A DNA stretch of 37,911 nucleotides from contig JAFGND010000031.1 of the NCBI GenBank assembly GCA_016927185.1, positions 1-37,911 on the forward strand, in the 5' to 3' direction. Source of the DNA: Candidatus Coatesbacteria bacterium (GTDB lineage Bacteria; JAFGND01). This document shows, one piece after another, positions 1-8,583 of the stretch. The stretch's first letter is position 1, and each line of letters starts with the position of its first letter. Below the pieces are notes generated by a model. The model was not told where the DNA came from. It saw nothing but the letters and a program-made list of their open reading frames with translations, and searched no databases. Position numbers and translations under genes: made by a program.

Positions 1-83
1 AAATATTTATAATATAAAACGATTTTTATCGTGGAAATACACATTAAAAAGACTGTATTAATAATATTAAAACATCTGATTTG

Positions 84-1025
84 TCAATCGTCTGAATCTG
101 GATTGCACCTTTTTAGTATAAGTCTTTCTGTTTCCATAATTTCGTCCTCAGAAGGGATTCTTTTCCATCTTTTATGCAACCATAGCCAGTGATCAGGATA
201 ATCCATTATGAATTTCTCTATTATTGAGTAATAAGAATAGGTTATTCTAACCAGGTCATATTCTTCATCTTCTGTTTTCTCGAAATATAATGGTTCAACC
301 AGGTTAACATTCAAATGACCATTTTTATCTCTTATCATGAAGCCGAGAAGAATGGGAGAATCGAATTTTCTTGCAAAAACTGCTGGTCCTCTCGGGGCAT
401 AAGCAGGTTGACCAAGAAATCTTATAGGTATTGTTGTTTTGCCGGGGTCCTGATCAGGAAGTATTGCAATCAACCTTCCATTTTTCAGGGAAGTCATTAT
501 TTTCTTTATACCATCCTTTACAGGAATTATCCCTACCATTTTTGCTTTTCTTGCATTGTTAAGCATATTATCTATATAAGGATTTTTCAAGGTTCCTGTA
601 ATGAAATCAACAGGCAAATCCATTAATCCAAAACTGCATCCCATTAGCTCCCAGTTACCGAAATGTGCTGTAATGAGAAGAGCTCCTTTTTTCGCGTCTC
701 TTATCTTGAACAGGTATTCTGGATGATTTATGGTAAGGAATTTATTGAAATTATTCTTATTGATTTTATCAAATGCAATCATTTCAACAATTGTCTGCCC
801 AATATTAATATAAACTTGTTTTGAAAGTTGTTCTATTTCCTTTTTGTTTTTGATATCCTTGAATGCTATTGAAAGGTTTTCAATGCAGACTTCTTTTCTT
901 ATCGGTAATATGTAGTAAAAAAAATAGCCAAGGAACCTGCCTGCTAGTTGAAGGGATCTCCATGGCAGTAATTTGGTTAATAATTTCAACAAAAAAATAA
1001 AGACATATTCAGCTAAATGCTTCAT
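84..1025 (-). CDS. lpxL: Lipid A biosynthesis (lauroyl/late) acyltransferase, LpxL/HtrB family
   Basis: N-terminal TM, TAHFGNWE catalytic H-x4-E motif, ILPDQD, FLGQPA, PDHWLWLHKRWK C-terminal motif. Confidence 0.85.
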   Translation of the reverse strand: MKHLAEYVFIFLLKLLTKLLPWRSLQLAGRFLGYFFYYILPIRKEVCIENLSIAFKDIKNKKEIEQLSKQVYINIGQTIVEMIAFDKINKNNFNKFLTINHPEYLFKIRDAKKGALLITAHFGNWELMGCSFGLMDLPVDFITGTLKNPYIDNMLNNARKAKMVGIIPVKDGIKKIMTSLKNGRLIAILPDQDPGKTTIPIRFLGQPAYAPRGPAVFARKFDSPILLGFMIRDKNGHLNVNLVEPLYFEKTEDEEYDLVRITYSYYSIIEKFIMDYPDHWLWLHKRWKRIPSEDEIMETERLILKRCNPDSDD

Positions 1026-2158
1026 CTAAGTTTGTTTCTTAATTCCTGTGCTTTCTGCCTAAGCTTGAGAAGAGGACTTACCTTCAATTCAATAGCTCCA
1101 TATGGGCATAGCTCGTGACAACACAAGCAAGAGATACATTTTTCCGTATCAATCCTGAAGCCCTCCTTAGAATCAGAAATTGCTTTGGCAGGACATTTCT
1201 GGATACAAATCATGCACTTCTTGCATTTTGACTGATTAATGGCAAGTCTTATCCAGAACAATCTGCCAAAACGCTTGATAATAGGTTCAAGCTTATTGAT
1301 GATGGTGGTAGCAGGGGCATTGAAGTCTTTTAATCTTTCTTGCTTGTTTATTATTGATATTTCATCAATACTATCTGGCTTGATTTTCAAATTAAAGCAT
1401 TCAAGCATGATGGGGGAATTTTCCAGAGGAACTCCAGCAAAATCATGCAAAGCTATATCCAGTGCAAGTGAATCAGGGCTTATTATTATTACATTTGTCC
1501 ATATGAGTCTTCCTGATCCAGGACCGTTACCATCCATTCCGAGAATTCCATCCATTACAGTCCATGCAGGTTTTACTTTATCATAAATATCAGCAGGAAT
1601 TTTTGAGAAATCCTTAGGTCCAGGTGCTTTGAAATGTAAATTTCCTTTTGCAAGTCCAGGAATCAATCCATATAAGTTTTTTATCGCTCCAGTCATTGTA
1701 GTGAGTGAATGTGTCTTGAGTTTAGGAAGGTTTACAATATAATCAACATCTTTGATTAGTTTTGTAAGCGGATACTTTCCAATCCTGCCTTCCATCTCTA
1801 TTTTATCATATTTTTCGAGACATACTAAATCAATATTATATTTTTCTTTTAAAGAAGTCATTCCAGTTTTCATCCATACACGCTCAATACCTTTTTCAAT
1901 ACTGCCAGGACTATCTGCAAGAATAACTCTGTTCTTATCCAGAGAGATTAAGTTAAGAATTGCCTCTATTATAACAGGATGAGTTGTTACAGCTCTATCA
2001 GGTGTTTGAGCACTTAACAAGTTAGGTTTCAGAAGAACTTTTTTGTCTTTCAGCTCTTTGCACCATCTACCAAATTCCGTTTCTGATAACTTAGCAGTAA
2101 TCTCATCAAGCTCATATGTTTCCTGATTAATAAATTGAACCCAATAGGGATTATTCAC
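1022..2158 (-). CDS. DUF362 domain protein with C-terminal 2x[4Fe-4S] ferredoxin domain
   Basis: VLLKPNLL, TTHP, NLPKLKTHSLTTMTGAIKNLYG, DGILGMDGNGP; CKKCMICIQKCP and CISCLCCHELCP. Start moved to the GTG at 2158 (GAGGAGG RBS, overlaps upstream stop); ORF track gives 2191. Confidence 0.9.
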   Translation of the reverse strand: MNNPYWVQFINQETYELDEITAKLSETEFGRWCKELKDKKVLLKPNLLSAQTPDRAVTTHPVIIEAILNLISLDKNRVILADSPGSIEKGIERVWMKTGMTSLKEKYNIDLVCLEKYDKIEMEGRIGKYPLTKLIKDVDYIVNLPKLKTHSLTTMTGAIKNLYGLIPGLAKGNLHFKAPGPKDFSKIPADIYDKVKPAWTVMDGILGMDGNGPGSGRLIWTNVIIISPDSLALDIALHDFAGVPLENSPIMLECFNLKIKPDSIDEISIINKQERLKDFNAPATTIINKLEPIIKRFGRLFWIRLAINQSKCKKCMICIQKCPAKAISDSKEGFRIDTEKCISCLCCHELCPYGAIELKVSPLLKLRQKAQELRNKLR

Positions 2159-3158
2159 TTTTCCTCCTCGCAATATGCTTCTTGAGTACATGAGCTATTT
2201 CATTTGCCGATTTTGAATACAATTCGACTTGATAAAATGGAATAATGTGAGTTGCAAAATCACGTTTGAAAAGAGCTATATCATATATATTAGCACCAAC
2301 AAGATCAAGATGATCCACTTTCCCGAATAAATCCTTGATTATTTCCCAATACATCAATGAGGTTGCCTGGGTATTCTTGAACTTGTTATTTATTCCGCCC
2401 AGCCATAGATATGCTCTTTTATTATCTATGGCAGCAATATAGAATGATATCAATTCATTGTTTTTTGTATAAGCACAGTAGCATTTAAGGCAATTCTCTT
2501 TTTTCATGGTATAGTATATTTCTTCTATTTGCTTTTTCTTGAGTATAAGCCTTGATGGCCTTTTAGGTGAGAATTGCTTACGGTAAATATCATATATTTC
2601 TGGTAATTCTTCTTCTATCTTTATTACCACACCTTCCTTTTCTGCCTTCCTTACCTGAGTTCTCGAGTTATGATCAACAATATTCCATAGCTCTTTCAAA
2701 TCAATATTCCGGAAATCCACTAGATAGGTATATCGAACATTGATATTCCAGTTTTTCCAGATGAATGATCTAATATCTATAAGATCAGGAAATGCATTAA
2801 AGCAGATATATTCATATTTGCTTTTCAAAAGTTCTCTTATCAAGACATTACAGAATTTATGCAGATTACTTTCTATTCTTGAATACTTGTTACTTGCTGC
2901 TGGAGCTATCAAGGGTCCCATGTAAGGAATTGATGGTGGCTGGATAATTTTCTTGCCGTAAATGAAACATGGCATTGCACCAACTAGTTCTCCCTCTCTC
3001 CAAATCTGTATTATATCTAATTTTAGATTATCAAAAGATTTCTCCAGACATTGCAACCATTCTTTGGAAATGAATGAAAATCCTATGTTCATGCTGATGA
3101 CAAATTTGTCCCATACATTTTTATCAAGATTTGAGGGAGGAAGACTTATGATATTCAT
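2151..3158 (-). CDS. GNAT-fold acyl/aminoacyl-transferase (FemAB/BioF2-like)
   Basis: WDKFV start, RTQVRKAEKEGV, AYLWLGG, LMYWEIIK, LDLVGAN..IALFKRDF typical of FemAB-related GNATs. Confidence 0.75.
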   Translation of the reverse strand: MNIISLPPSNLDKNVWDKFVISMNIGFSFISKEWLQCLEKSFDNLKLDIIQIWREGELVGAMPCFIYGKKIIQPPSIPYMGPLIAPAASNKYSRIESNLHKFCNVLIRELLKSKYEYICFNAFPDLIDIRSFIWKNWNINVRYTYLVDFRNIDLKELWNIVDHNSRTQVRKAEKEGVVIKIEEELPEIYDIYRKQFSPKRPSRLILKKKQIEEIYYTMKKENCLKCYCAYTKNNELISFYIAAIDNKRAYLWLGGINNKFKNTQATSLMYWEIIKDLFGKVDHLDLVGANIYDIALFKRDFATHIIPFYQVELYSKSANEIAHVLKKHIARRKSE

Positions 3159-3378
3159 GTAACCTTAAATATTATTATATGCATATTTAGCAAGCTTTTT
3201 CCTCTCAGAAAATATTTTTATTTAATTGTTCACGACTTAAATATGATAATGAAAGTCAGGACTTGTTGCTTATTGATTTCATAAAACAATGATATATAAC
3301 AAGTTAAATTATAGGTCTTTACTGCCTTGAATTATCAGAAAAAAAATAAAAATGATTAAGAAATTTTAATTATTTCTA

Positions 3379-3408
3379 TTGACAGAATTTTCTGAATAAA
3401 TGTAAATG
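3379..3408 (+). promoter_or_regulatory. Putative sigma70-type promoter for the small ORF/uvrA transcript
   Basis: TTGACA at 3379-3384; imperfect -10 (GTAAAT/TAAATG) 17-18 nt downstream. Confidence 0.4.
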
Positions 3409-3410
3409 GC

Positions 3411-3467
3411 AAACAATGAAAAATATAGATTGAAGTTATTTGTTAACGACAATCTATATACTTGTTT
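3411..3467 (+). other. Long imperfect stem-loop in putative 5' UTR
   Basis: ATATAGATTG (3423-3432) / CAATCTATAT (3450-3459), inner GTTA/TAAC, outer AAACAA/TTGTTT. Confidence 0.55.
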
Positions 3468-3502
3468 TAAAGGGGCTTTAGAAACTAATGAAAGGAGCGG
3501 AA

Positions 3503-3574
3503 ATGGCTAAGAAAAAACCCGACACCGGTAAAAAAACAGGTTGCAAGAAAACAACTGAAAAGAAAAGCAAATAA
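3503..3574 (+). CDS. 23-aa lysine-rich small protein MAKKKPDTGKKTGCKKTTEKKSK (not in ORF track)
   Basis: AAGGAG RBS at 3492-3497, ATG 3503, TAA 3572-3574; translated by hand. Confidence 0.6.
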   Translation: MAKKKPDTGKKTGCKKTTEKKSK

Positions 3575-3615
3575 GCAGGAACAGAGGAATATTAAAAAAG
3601 TCAGGTTTTTACTAA

Positions 3616-3684
3616 ACAAAGCCGCTACTTACCAGCTTCTACTTAAAGTAGTAATGGTAATACTAAGTAGCGGTTTTTGTTTTG
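3616..3684 (+). terminator. Long hairpin followed by U-rich tract; terminator/attenuator candidate
   Basis: GCCGCTACTTA (3621-3631) / TAAGTAGCGGT (3664-3674), inner CTACT/AGTAG, then TTTTGTTTT. Confidence 0.45.
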
Positions 3685-4058
3685 ACTGTAAAGATAAAAA
3701 AGAAAACATAACTGAACAGCAGTCATTAACTTTAAAAAAGATTGACAAGATAGATGAAGATAGATTTATCGAGATATATTTAAGACTTGAAAAAATTCGT
3801 GATGAATTCCCTAAAGACAAGCTGAAAAGAGAGGAAGTTGTCAAGAATTATCTTGACAGTATAGGAACTAAGCCTCAAGAATTGATTGAATTTATTAACA
3901 AACAACCTGATACTTTAGCGTGGCCAAAAATATGGAATAAAATTTCAAAGAAGTATGCAGAAATCAATCCATCCAGAAAAGCCATCCAGGATACAACAAC
4001 AAGAAATGAAGATAAGAAAAACCAAGAAAAAAACAAAAAAACAGATAGAAACAATTGA
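3654..4058 (+). CDS. Probable lipoprotein (DUF4296-like); true start probably further upstream
   Basis: Hydrophobic stretch ending in Cys (FCFDC-KDK) then a helical domain; frame is open back to 3492. Confidence 0.55.
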   Translation: MVILSSGFCFDCKDKKENITEQQSLTLKKIDKIDEDRFIEIYLRLEKIRDEFPKDKLKREEVVKNYLDSIGTKPQELIEFINKQPDTLAWPKIWNKISKKYAEINPSRKAIQDTTTRNEDKKNQEKNKKTDRNN

Positions 4059-6885
4059 TATCAAAGGTGCTTCAGAACATAATCTGAAAAATATTTGCGT
4101 TTCAATACCCAAGAATAAATTGATTGTTTTTTCTGGCTACTCAGGCTCAGGCAAATCTAGTCTTGTATTTGATGTCATCTATTCAGAAGGAAAGAGAAGA
4201 TATTTAGAATCGCTTTCTACCTATGCAAGACAATTTCTTGGGCAAATGGATAAACCAAAAGTTGATTCAATTGAGGGTCTCTCTCCAGCTATATCAATTA
4301 AACAGAAGGTTTTATCTCACAATCCAAGATCTACAGTAGGAACAGTAACAGAAATATATGATTATTTGAGAATTCTATTTGCCAGACTGGGAAAACCTTA
4401 TTGTTATGTCTGCAATAAACCAATAGAACCAGTTACATCCACTGAAATAATAAGAATGATAATGAATTTGCCTGAAGAATCCAGAATCCAGATTCTTTTC
4501 CCTGTAACAGAAAATCAGAAGGGTGAAGCAGAGAGAGAACTGGATTTCCTGAAGAAAAAAGGTTATGTAAGGGTTTTGATTGATGGAGAACTATTCAGAC
4601 TAGATGAAGATGAGATAAAAATTAATAAGCATAAAAAGCACTTCATAGATTGCGTACTTGACAGATTCACAATAAAGGGAGATGACAGGGAAGAGAGAAT
4701 AAGAAGCAGTGTTGAATTAGCTTTGAAAGAAGGAAAGGGAGTACTGAGATTAGAGATCAAGAGAAAGAATGAAGAGACAGAATTGATTACATTATCAGAG
4801 CATACAACATGCACTGATTGCAACATCTCTCTTGGTGAACTGACTCCTCAATTATTCAGTTTTAATTCTCCCCTGGGGATGTGTACCAAATGCAACGGGC
4901 TGGGAGTAATAACAGAATCAGATCCTGAAGCAGTTATTGAAGATGAAGATTTGTCTATTTCAGAAGGGGCATTGAAACCATTTGGCAATCTCAAAGATGG
5001 CTCAAGAAGAACATTAGGAATAAAGGAATTTGCCAGGATTAATGATATAGATCTTGAAAAACCTTTCAAGGAACTGCCTCAGAAGCAAAGAAGATTACTG
5101 TTATTTTCACCAAGAAAAGCATTCAATATAAGGCTTCCTGAAGGACAGCAAATAGAGATAGCTTTTGAAGGTGCTGTAACATGGGTGCATAGATTTTATC
5201 AGAATACTACATCCGAATGGATAAGGGAGCAGTTTGGGCAGTTTCTCAAGCAAGATACATGCAAGGAATGCAATGGCAAGAGGCTTAGAAAAGAAGCATT
5301 ATCAGTCAAATTTGAAGGCAGGAATATTGCTGAGCTGTCTGAGCTGTCTCTGAGAGAATTGTACGAATTCCTTGAAAACCTTGATTTAAAGGGAAATATC
5401 AAGGAAGTAGCCAGTCCTCTTGTCTATGAAATAAAGGAAAGATTGAGATTTCTCATTGATGTTGGTGTTGAATACTTAAACCTTGCAAGAACAGCATCAT
5501 CTCTTTCAGGAGGAGAAAGCCAGAGAATAAGATTAGCTAGCCAGATTGGTTCTGGATTAAGTGGAATAATTTATGCACTTGATGAACCGACAATAGGACT
5601 TCATCCAAGAGATAATCAACGATTGATTGCATTGATGGAGAAGCTAAGAGATAAAGGTAATACACTTCTGGTTATTGAACATGACAGAGAAACACTTCTA
5701 TCAGCAGATTTGATAATAGATATGGGACCTGGTGCAGGAATCCATGGTGGAGAAATAGTTGAAATAAATACGCCTGATGATTTGAAAAAATCAAGAAACA
5801 GCATAACTGGTGACTATCTTTCCAACAATAAAGTGATTTCTTTCCCTCAGAAAAAAATAGAAGGGAACGTTCCCAAAATAATACTCAAAGGTGCAAACTT
5901 GCATAACTTGAAAAACATTAATGTTGAATTTCCGCTTGGTCATCTTATTTGTGTTACAGGCGTTTCTGGTTCAGGCAAAAGCAGTCTCGTAAATGAAACA
6001 TTATTCCCGATATTGTATAACAAGATTTACGATTCATCATTATTTTCAGGACCATATGAAAGTATCGAAGGAGTAGAGCTAGTCAATAAAATCATATCTA
6101 TTTCACAGGATCCGATAGGAAGAACACCAAGATCCAATCCAGCTACATATACAAAAGTATTTGATTTCATAAGAAATCTTCTTGCTAAAACTCCTTCAGC
6201 AAGGGCATTAGGATTTACTCCGGGGAGGTTTTCTTTCAATGTACAAAGCGGGAGATGTCCTGCTTGTAATGGTGATGGTGTAAAGAGAATTGAAATGCAT
6301 TTCCTCCCTGATGTTTATATTACTTGTGATGAGTGTAAGGGTACAAGATATAAATCAAGTACTCTGCAAGTAACGTATAAGGGATTGAATATAGCAGAAA
6401 TTCTTGATTTGACTATTGATCAAGCAATAAAGCATTTCTCTACGATCCCCCAGATAGTGAGAATATTGAATACTCTTTCAGATGTTGGTTTAGGTTATAT
6501 TAAGCTTGGTCAACCAGCACCAACCTTGTCAGGGGGAGAGGCACAGAGAATAAAATTATCAAGGGAACTTGCAAAAAGACCAACAGGACATACCATGTAT
6601 ACTTTGGATGAACCCACAACCGGATTGCATTTTGCTGATTTGGAAAAATTATTGAGAGTATTAATCAAGCTAAGAGACCAGGGGAATACAATACTTGTTA
6701 TTGAGCATAATCTTGATTTCATATCACAAGCTGATTACATAATTGACTTGGGACCTGAAGGAGGTCACAAGGGTGGTGAAATAGTTGCTACTGGGACAGT
6801 AGAAGAGATAACTGCAAATAATAAGAGCTTGACAGGCTATTATCTTAAGAAACATCTTCATAGTATTAGAACTTCAGGGAGTTAG
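4006..6885 (+). CDS. uvrA: Excinuclease ABC subunit A
   Basis: Two ABC ATPase domains (GYSGSGKSS, GVSGSGKSS, LSGGE, LDEPT), Zn fingers, SHNPRSTVGTVTEIYDYLR. Start ATG 4006 or 3955. Confidence 0.98.
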   Translation: MKIRKTKKKTKKQIETIDIKGASEHNLKNICVSIPKNKLIVFSGYSGSGKSSLVFDVIYSEGKRRYLESLSTYARQFLGQMDKPKVDSIEGLSPAISIKQKVLSHNPRSTVGTVTEIYDYLRILFARLGKPYCYVCNKPIEPVTSTEIIRMIMNLPEESRIQILFPVTENQKGEAERELDFLKKKGYVRVLIDGELFRLDEDEIKINKHKKHFIDCVLDRFTIKGDDREERIRSSVELALKEGKGVLRLEIKRKNEETELITLSEHTTCTDCNISLGELTPQLFSFNSPLGMCTKCNGLGVITESDPEAVIEDEDLSISEGALKPFGNLKDGSRRTLGIKEFARINDIDLEKPFKELPQKQRRLLLFSPRKAFNIRLPEGQQIEIAFEGAVTWVHRFYQNTTSEWIREQFGQFLKQDTCKECNGKRLRKEALSVKFEGRNIAELSELSLRELYEFLENLDLKGNIKEVASPLVYEIKERLRFLIDVGVEYLNLARTASSLSGGESQRIRLASQIGSGLSGIIYALDEPTIGLHPRDNQRLIALMEKLRDKGNTLLVIEHDRETLLSADLIIDMGPGAGIHGGEIVEINTPDDLKKSRNSITGDYLSNNKVISFPQKKIEGNVPKIILKGANLHNLKNINVEFPLGHLICVTGVSGSGKSSLVNETLFPILYNKIYDSSLFSGPYESIEGVELVNKIISISQDPIGRTPRSNPATYTKVFDFIRNLLAKTPSARALGFTPGRFSFNVQSGRCPACNGDGVKRIEMHFLPDVYITCDECKGTRYKSSTLQVTYKGLNIAEILDLTIDQAIKHFSTIPQIVRILNTLSDVGLGYIKLGQPAPTLSGGEAQRIKLSRELAKRPTGHTMYTLDEPTTGLHFADLEKLLRVLIKLRDQGNTILVIEHNLDFISQADYIIDLGPEGGHKGGEIVATGTVEEITANNKSLTGYYLKKHLHSIRTSGS

Positions 6886-6886
6886 T

Positions 6887-7081
6887 ATGTTGAAATTTGT
6901 TTATGGTTATGGTATTGGTTTCAGTTTGATTATTGCTGGTTTGTTATTTATCTTAAAGCATTATCCGGTGTTTATAAGAGGAACTCACTTGAATTTCGGC
7001 TGGTTATTGATAGTCCTTGGAATAGTCAGGATAATATGGGCTTTTTATGCACAAAAAAAAGGCAGGGATGAACAGAATTAA
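6887..7081 (+). CDS. Small 2-TM membrane protein
   Basis: 64 aa, two hydrophobic helices, starts 1 nt after the uvrA stop. Confidence 0.65.
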   Translation: MLKFVYGYGIGFSLIIAGLLFILKHYPVFIRGTHLNFGWLLIVLGIVRIIWAFYAQKKGRDEQN

Positions 7082-7481
7082 GATGAATGAATCAAGAAAA
7101 CTGTATGAGTATCATCAATGCGTTATTTTCAAGGACAGGAGAGGCTTTGTTGCAAATACTCCCTGGAACGAGATTGTCAGTATATTATGCAATATTCATA
7201 TTTTCAGCTTAAATAAGAATTGTACTAGAGGGAATCATTTACATCCCAAAAGAGATGAATGGCTTTTCATTTTGAATGGAAAAGCAAAGATAAATCTTTC
7301 TTACGAAAATATTGAAGAGGAAATCATACTTGATGCAACCGAAGGTAAGTGGTTATTGATATATCCGAATGTTATTCATACAATTGAAACAATAAGTGAA
7401 GAAACAACATACTGGTTTGCGGGAAGCAGGTGTTTTAAAGAAAGCGAAGAACCTGATACAATAAAGGCAGAATTATTGTGA
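7068..7481 (+). CDS. Cupin, WxcM/FdtA-like sugar ketoisomerase-type domain
   Basis: DRRG, RGNHLHPKRDEWL, IYPNVIHTIE cupin motifs; start 7068 or 7083. Confidence 0.75.
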   Translation: MNRIKMNESRKLYEYHQCVIFKDRRGFVANTPWNEIVSILCNIHIFSLNKNCTRGNHLHPKRDEWLFILNGKAKINLSYENIEEEIILDATEGKWLLIYPNVIHTIETISEETTYWFAGSRCFKESEEPDTIKAELL

Positions 7482-7754
7482 GTCTTTTTTAGTTTTCTCT
7501 TCCTTTAATATATCATTCACTTCTTTCATCCTCTGCTTTATTCTTTTCTCCTCATTATCTCTTACTCTTGCAAATCTGGAAGGATTAACGGGAGGATTTG
7601 CCAGTTGTTTTTCTGATTCGCTTGGATTGCTTATATAATCACTTTCTTTTGCTTTCGTGCTAGGCTTAACTAGTATATATAATGTCAAAACTAATACAAT
7701 AATTATGAATATAATTGTGAATTTACTAAGTGCTGGTTTTCTTGTTTCTTCCAT
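7473..7754 (-). CDS. Hypothetical single-pass membrane protein
   Basis: TAAGGA RBS before ATG 7754, strong TM segment, charged C-terminus. Confidence 0.65.
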   Translation of the reverse strand: MEETRKPALSKFTIIFIIIVLVLTLYILVKPSTKAKESDYISNPSESEKQLANPPVNPSRFARVRDNEEKRIKQRMKEVNDILKEEKTKKDSQ

Positions 7755-8046
7755 TACTATCCTTATGGACAAGAAATAAACATGCTTTGTTTTGTCAAGA
7801 ACTGAAATATCTGAGCTCTTTCTGGAAATATAAGACTGAAAGGAAAATATTTATTTTCTTCTTCAGATGCAAAACAAGGTTGAAAAGCAATACAGGATTT
7901 AACATATCTTTATGAAAGATATTATACTGTTTTTTATATTCTGATCATTGAGTTTTTCGATAAGTTGATAATGAGCACTATATGTGCTTGACATAAAACT
8001 CTCAATATTAGATTATGACCTTAAGAATTGAAAGATAAGGAGTTAC

Positions 8047-8547
8047 ATGGCAACTGATATTTCCAGATTAAAAAAGCAACTAAAAGAAAAAGATAGAAGT
8101 CTCAGAGCTAGTGCAGCTGAGGAGCTGGCAGATATTGAAACACCTGAAGCGATAAATGCTCTGTTAGAAACACTAAATGAAGAGAAAGATCCTTATATTA
8201 TTGAGCTTTTAATCAGATTACTCGGAGAGGCGGGAGCTTCTGAGGCAGTATCAGTAATTATTACCTTGCTTAATCATGAAGATGAAGATGTAGTAGAGCA
8301 ATGCCTTGATGCCCTAAGCGACCTGGCAGATGAAGAAAATGCGATTGATATATTTCTTTCTCTTGATGAACTGGAAAGAAATGTTGATGATATGCAGTTG
8401 AGGAATAATATCCAAAATCATATAGAGCATGTTTTGCCTTTTTTAAGAACATTTATTATAGAATCAAGAAACCGAATCAAGGAACTTGAGAATAAAGTTG
8501 TTCAACTCCAAAAAGAATTGCAGAAAGTTAAGAAAACCAAGAAATAA
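8047..8547 (+). CDS. HEAT (PBS lyase-like) repeat protein with C-terminal coiled coil
   Basis: LRASAAEELADI..EAINALLETL, LLGEAGASEAVSVIITLLNHEDEDV repeats; TAAGGAG RBS; TTGACA at 7988. Confidence 0.8.
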   Translation: MATDISRLKKQLKEKDRSLRASAAEELADIETPEAINALLETLNEEKDPYIIELLIRLLGEAGASEAVSVIITLLNHEDEDVVEQCLDALSDLADEENAIDIFLSLDELERNVDDMQLRNNIQNHIEHVLPFLRTFIIESRNRIKELENKVVQLQKELQKVKKTKK

Positions 8548-8574
8548 AGATCTGGTAATAATCCAGATCTTTAT
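8544..8574. terminator. Bidirectional intrinsic terminator between convergent genes
   Basis: Perfect 12-bp inverted repeat ATAAAGATCTGG-taataat-CCAGATCTTTAT. Confidence 0.75.
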
Positions 8575-8583
8575 ATGAAAAAT

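Noticed and set aside
3472-3600. GGGGC at 3472 as a possible tmRNA/tRNA 5' end
   Set aside because: No matching acceptor stem, T-loop or CCA end, and no tag-like reading frame.
3160-4006. LexA/SOS box upstream of uvrA
   Set aside because: I saw no convincing CTGT-N8-ACAG or GAAC-N4-GTTC match; a lineage-specific box cannot be excluded.
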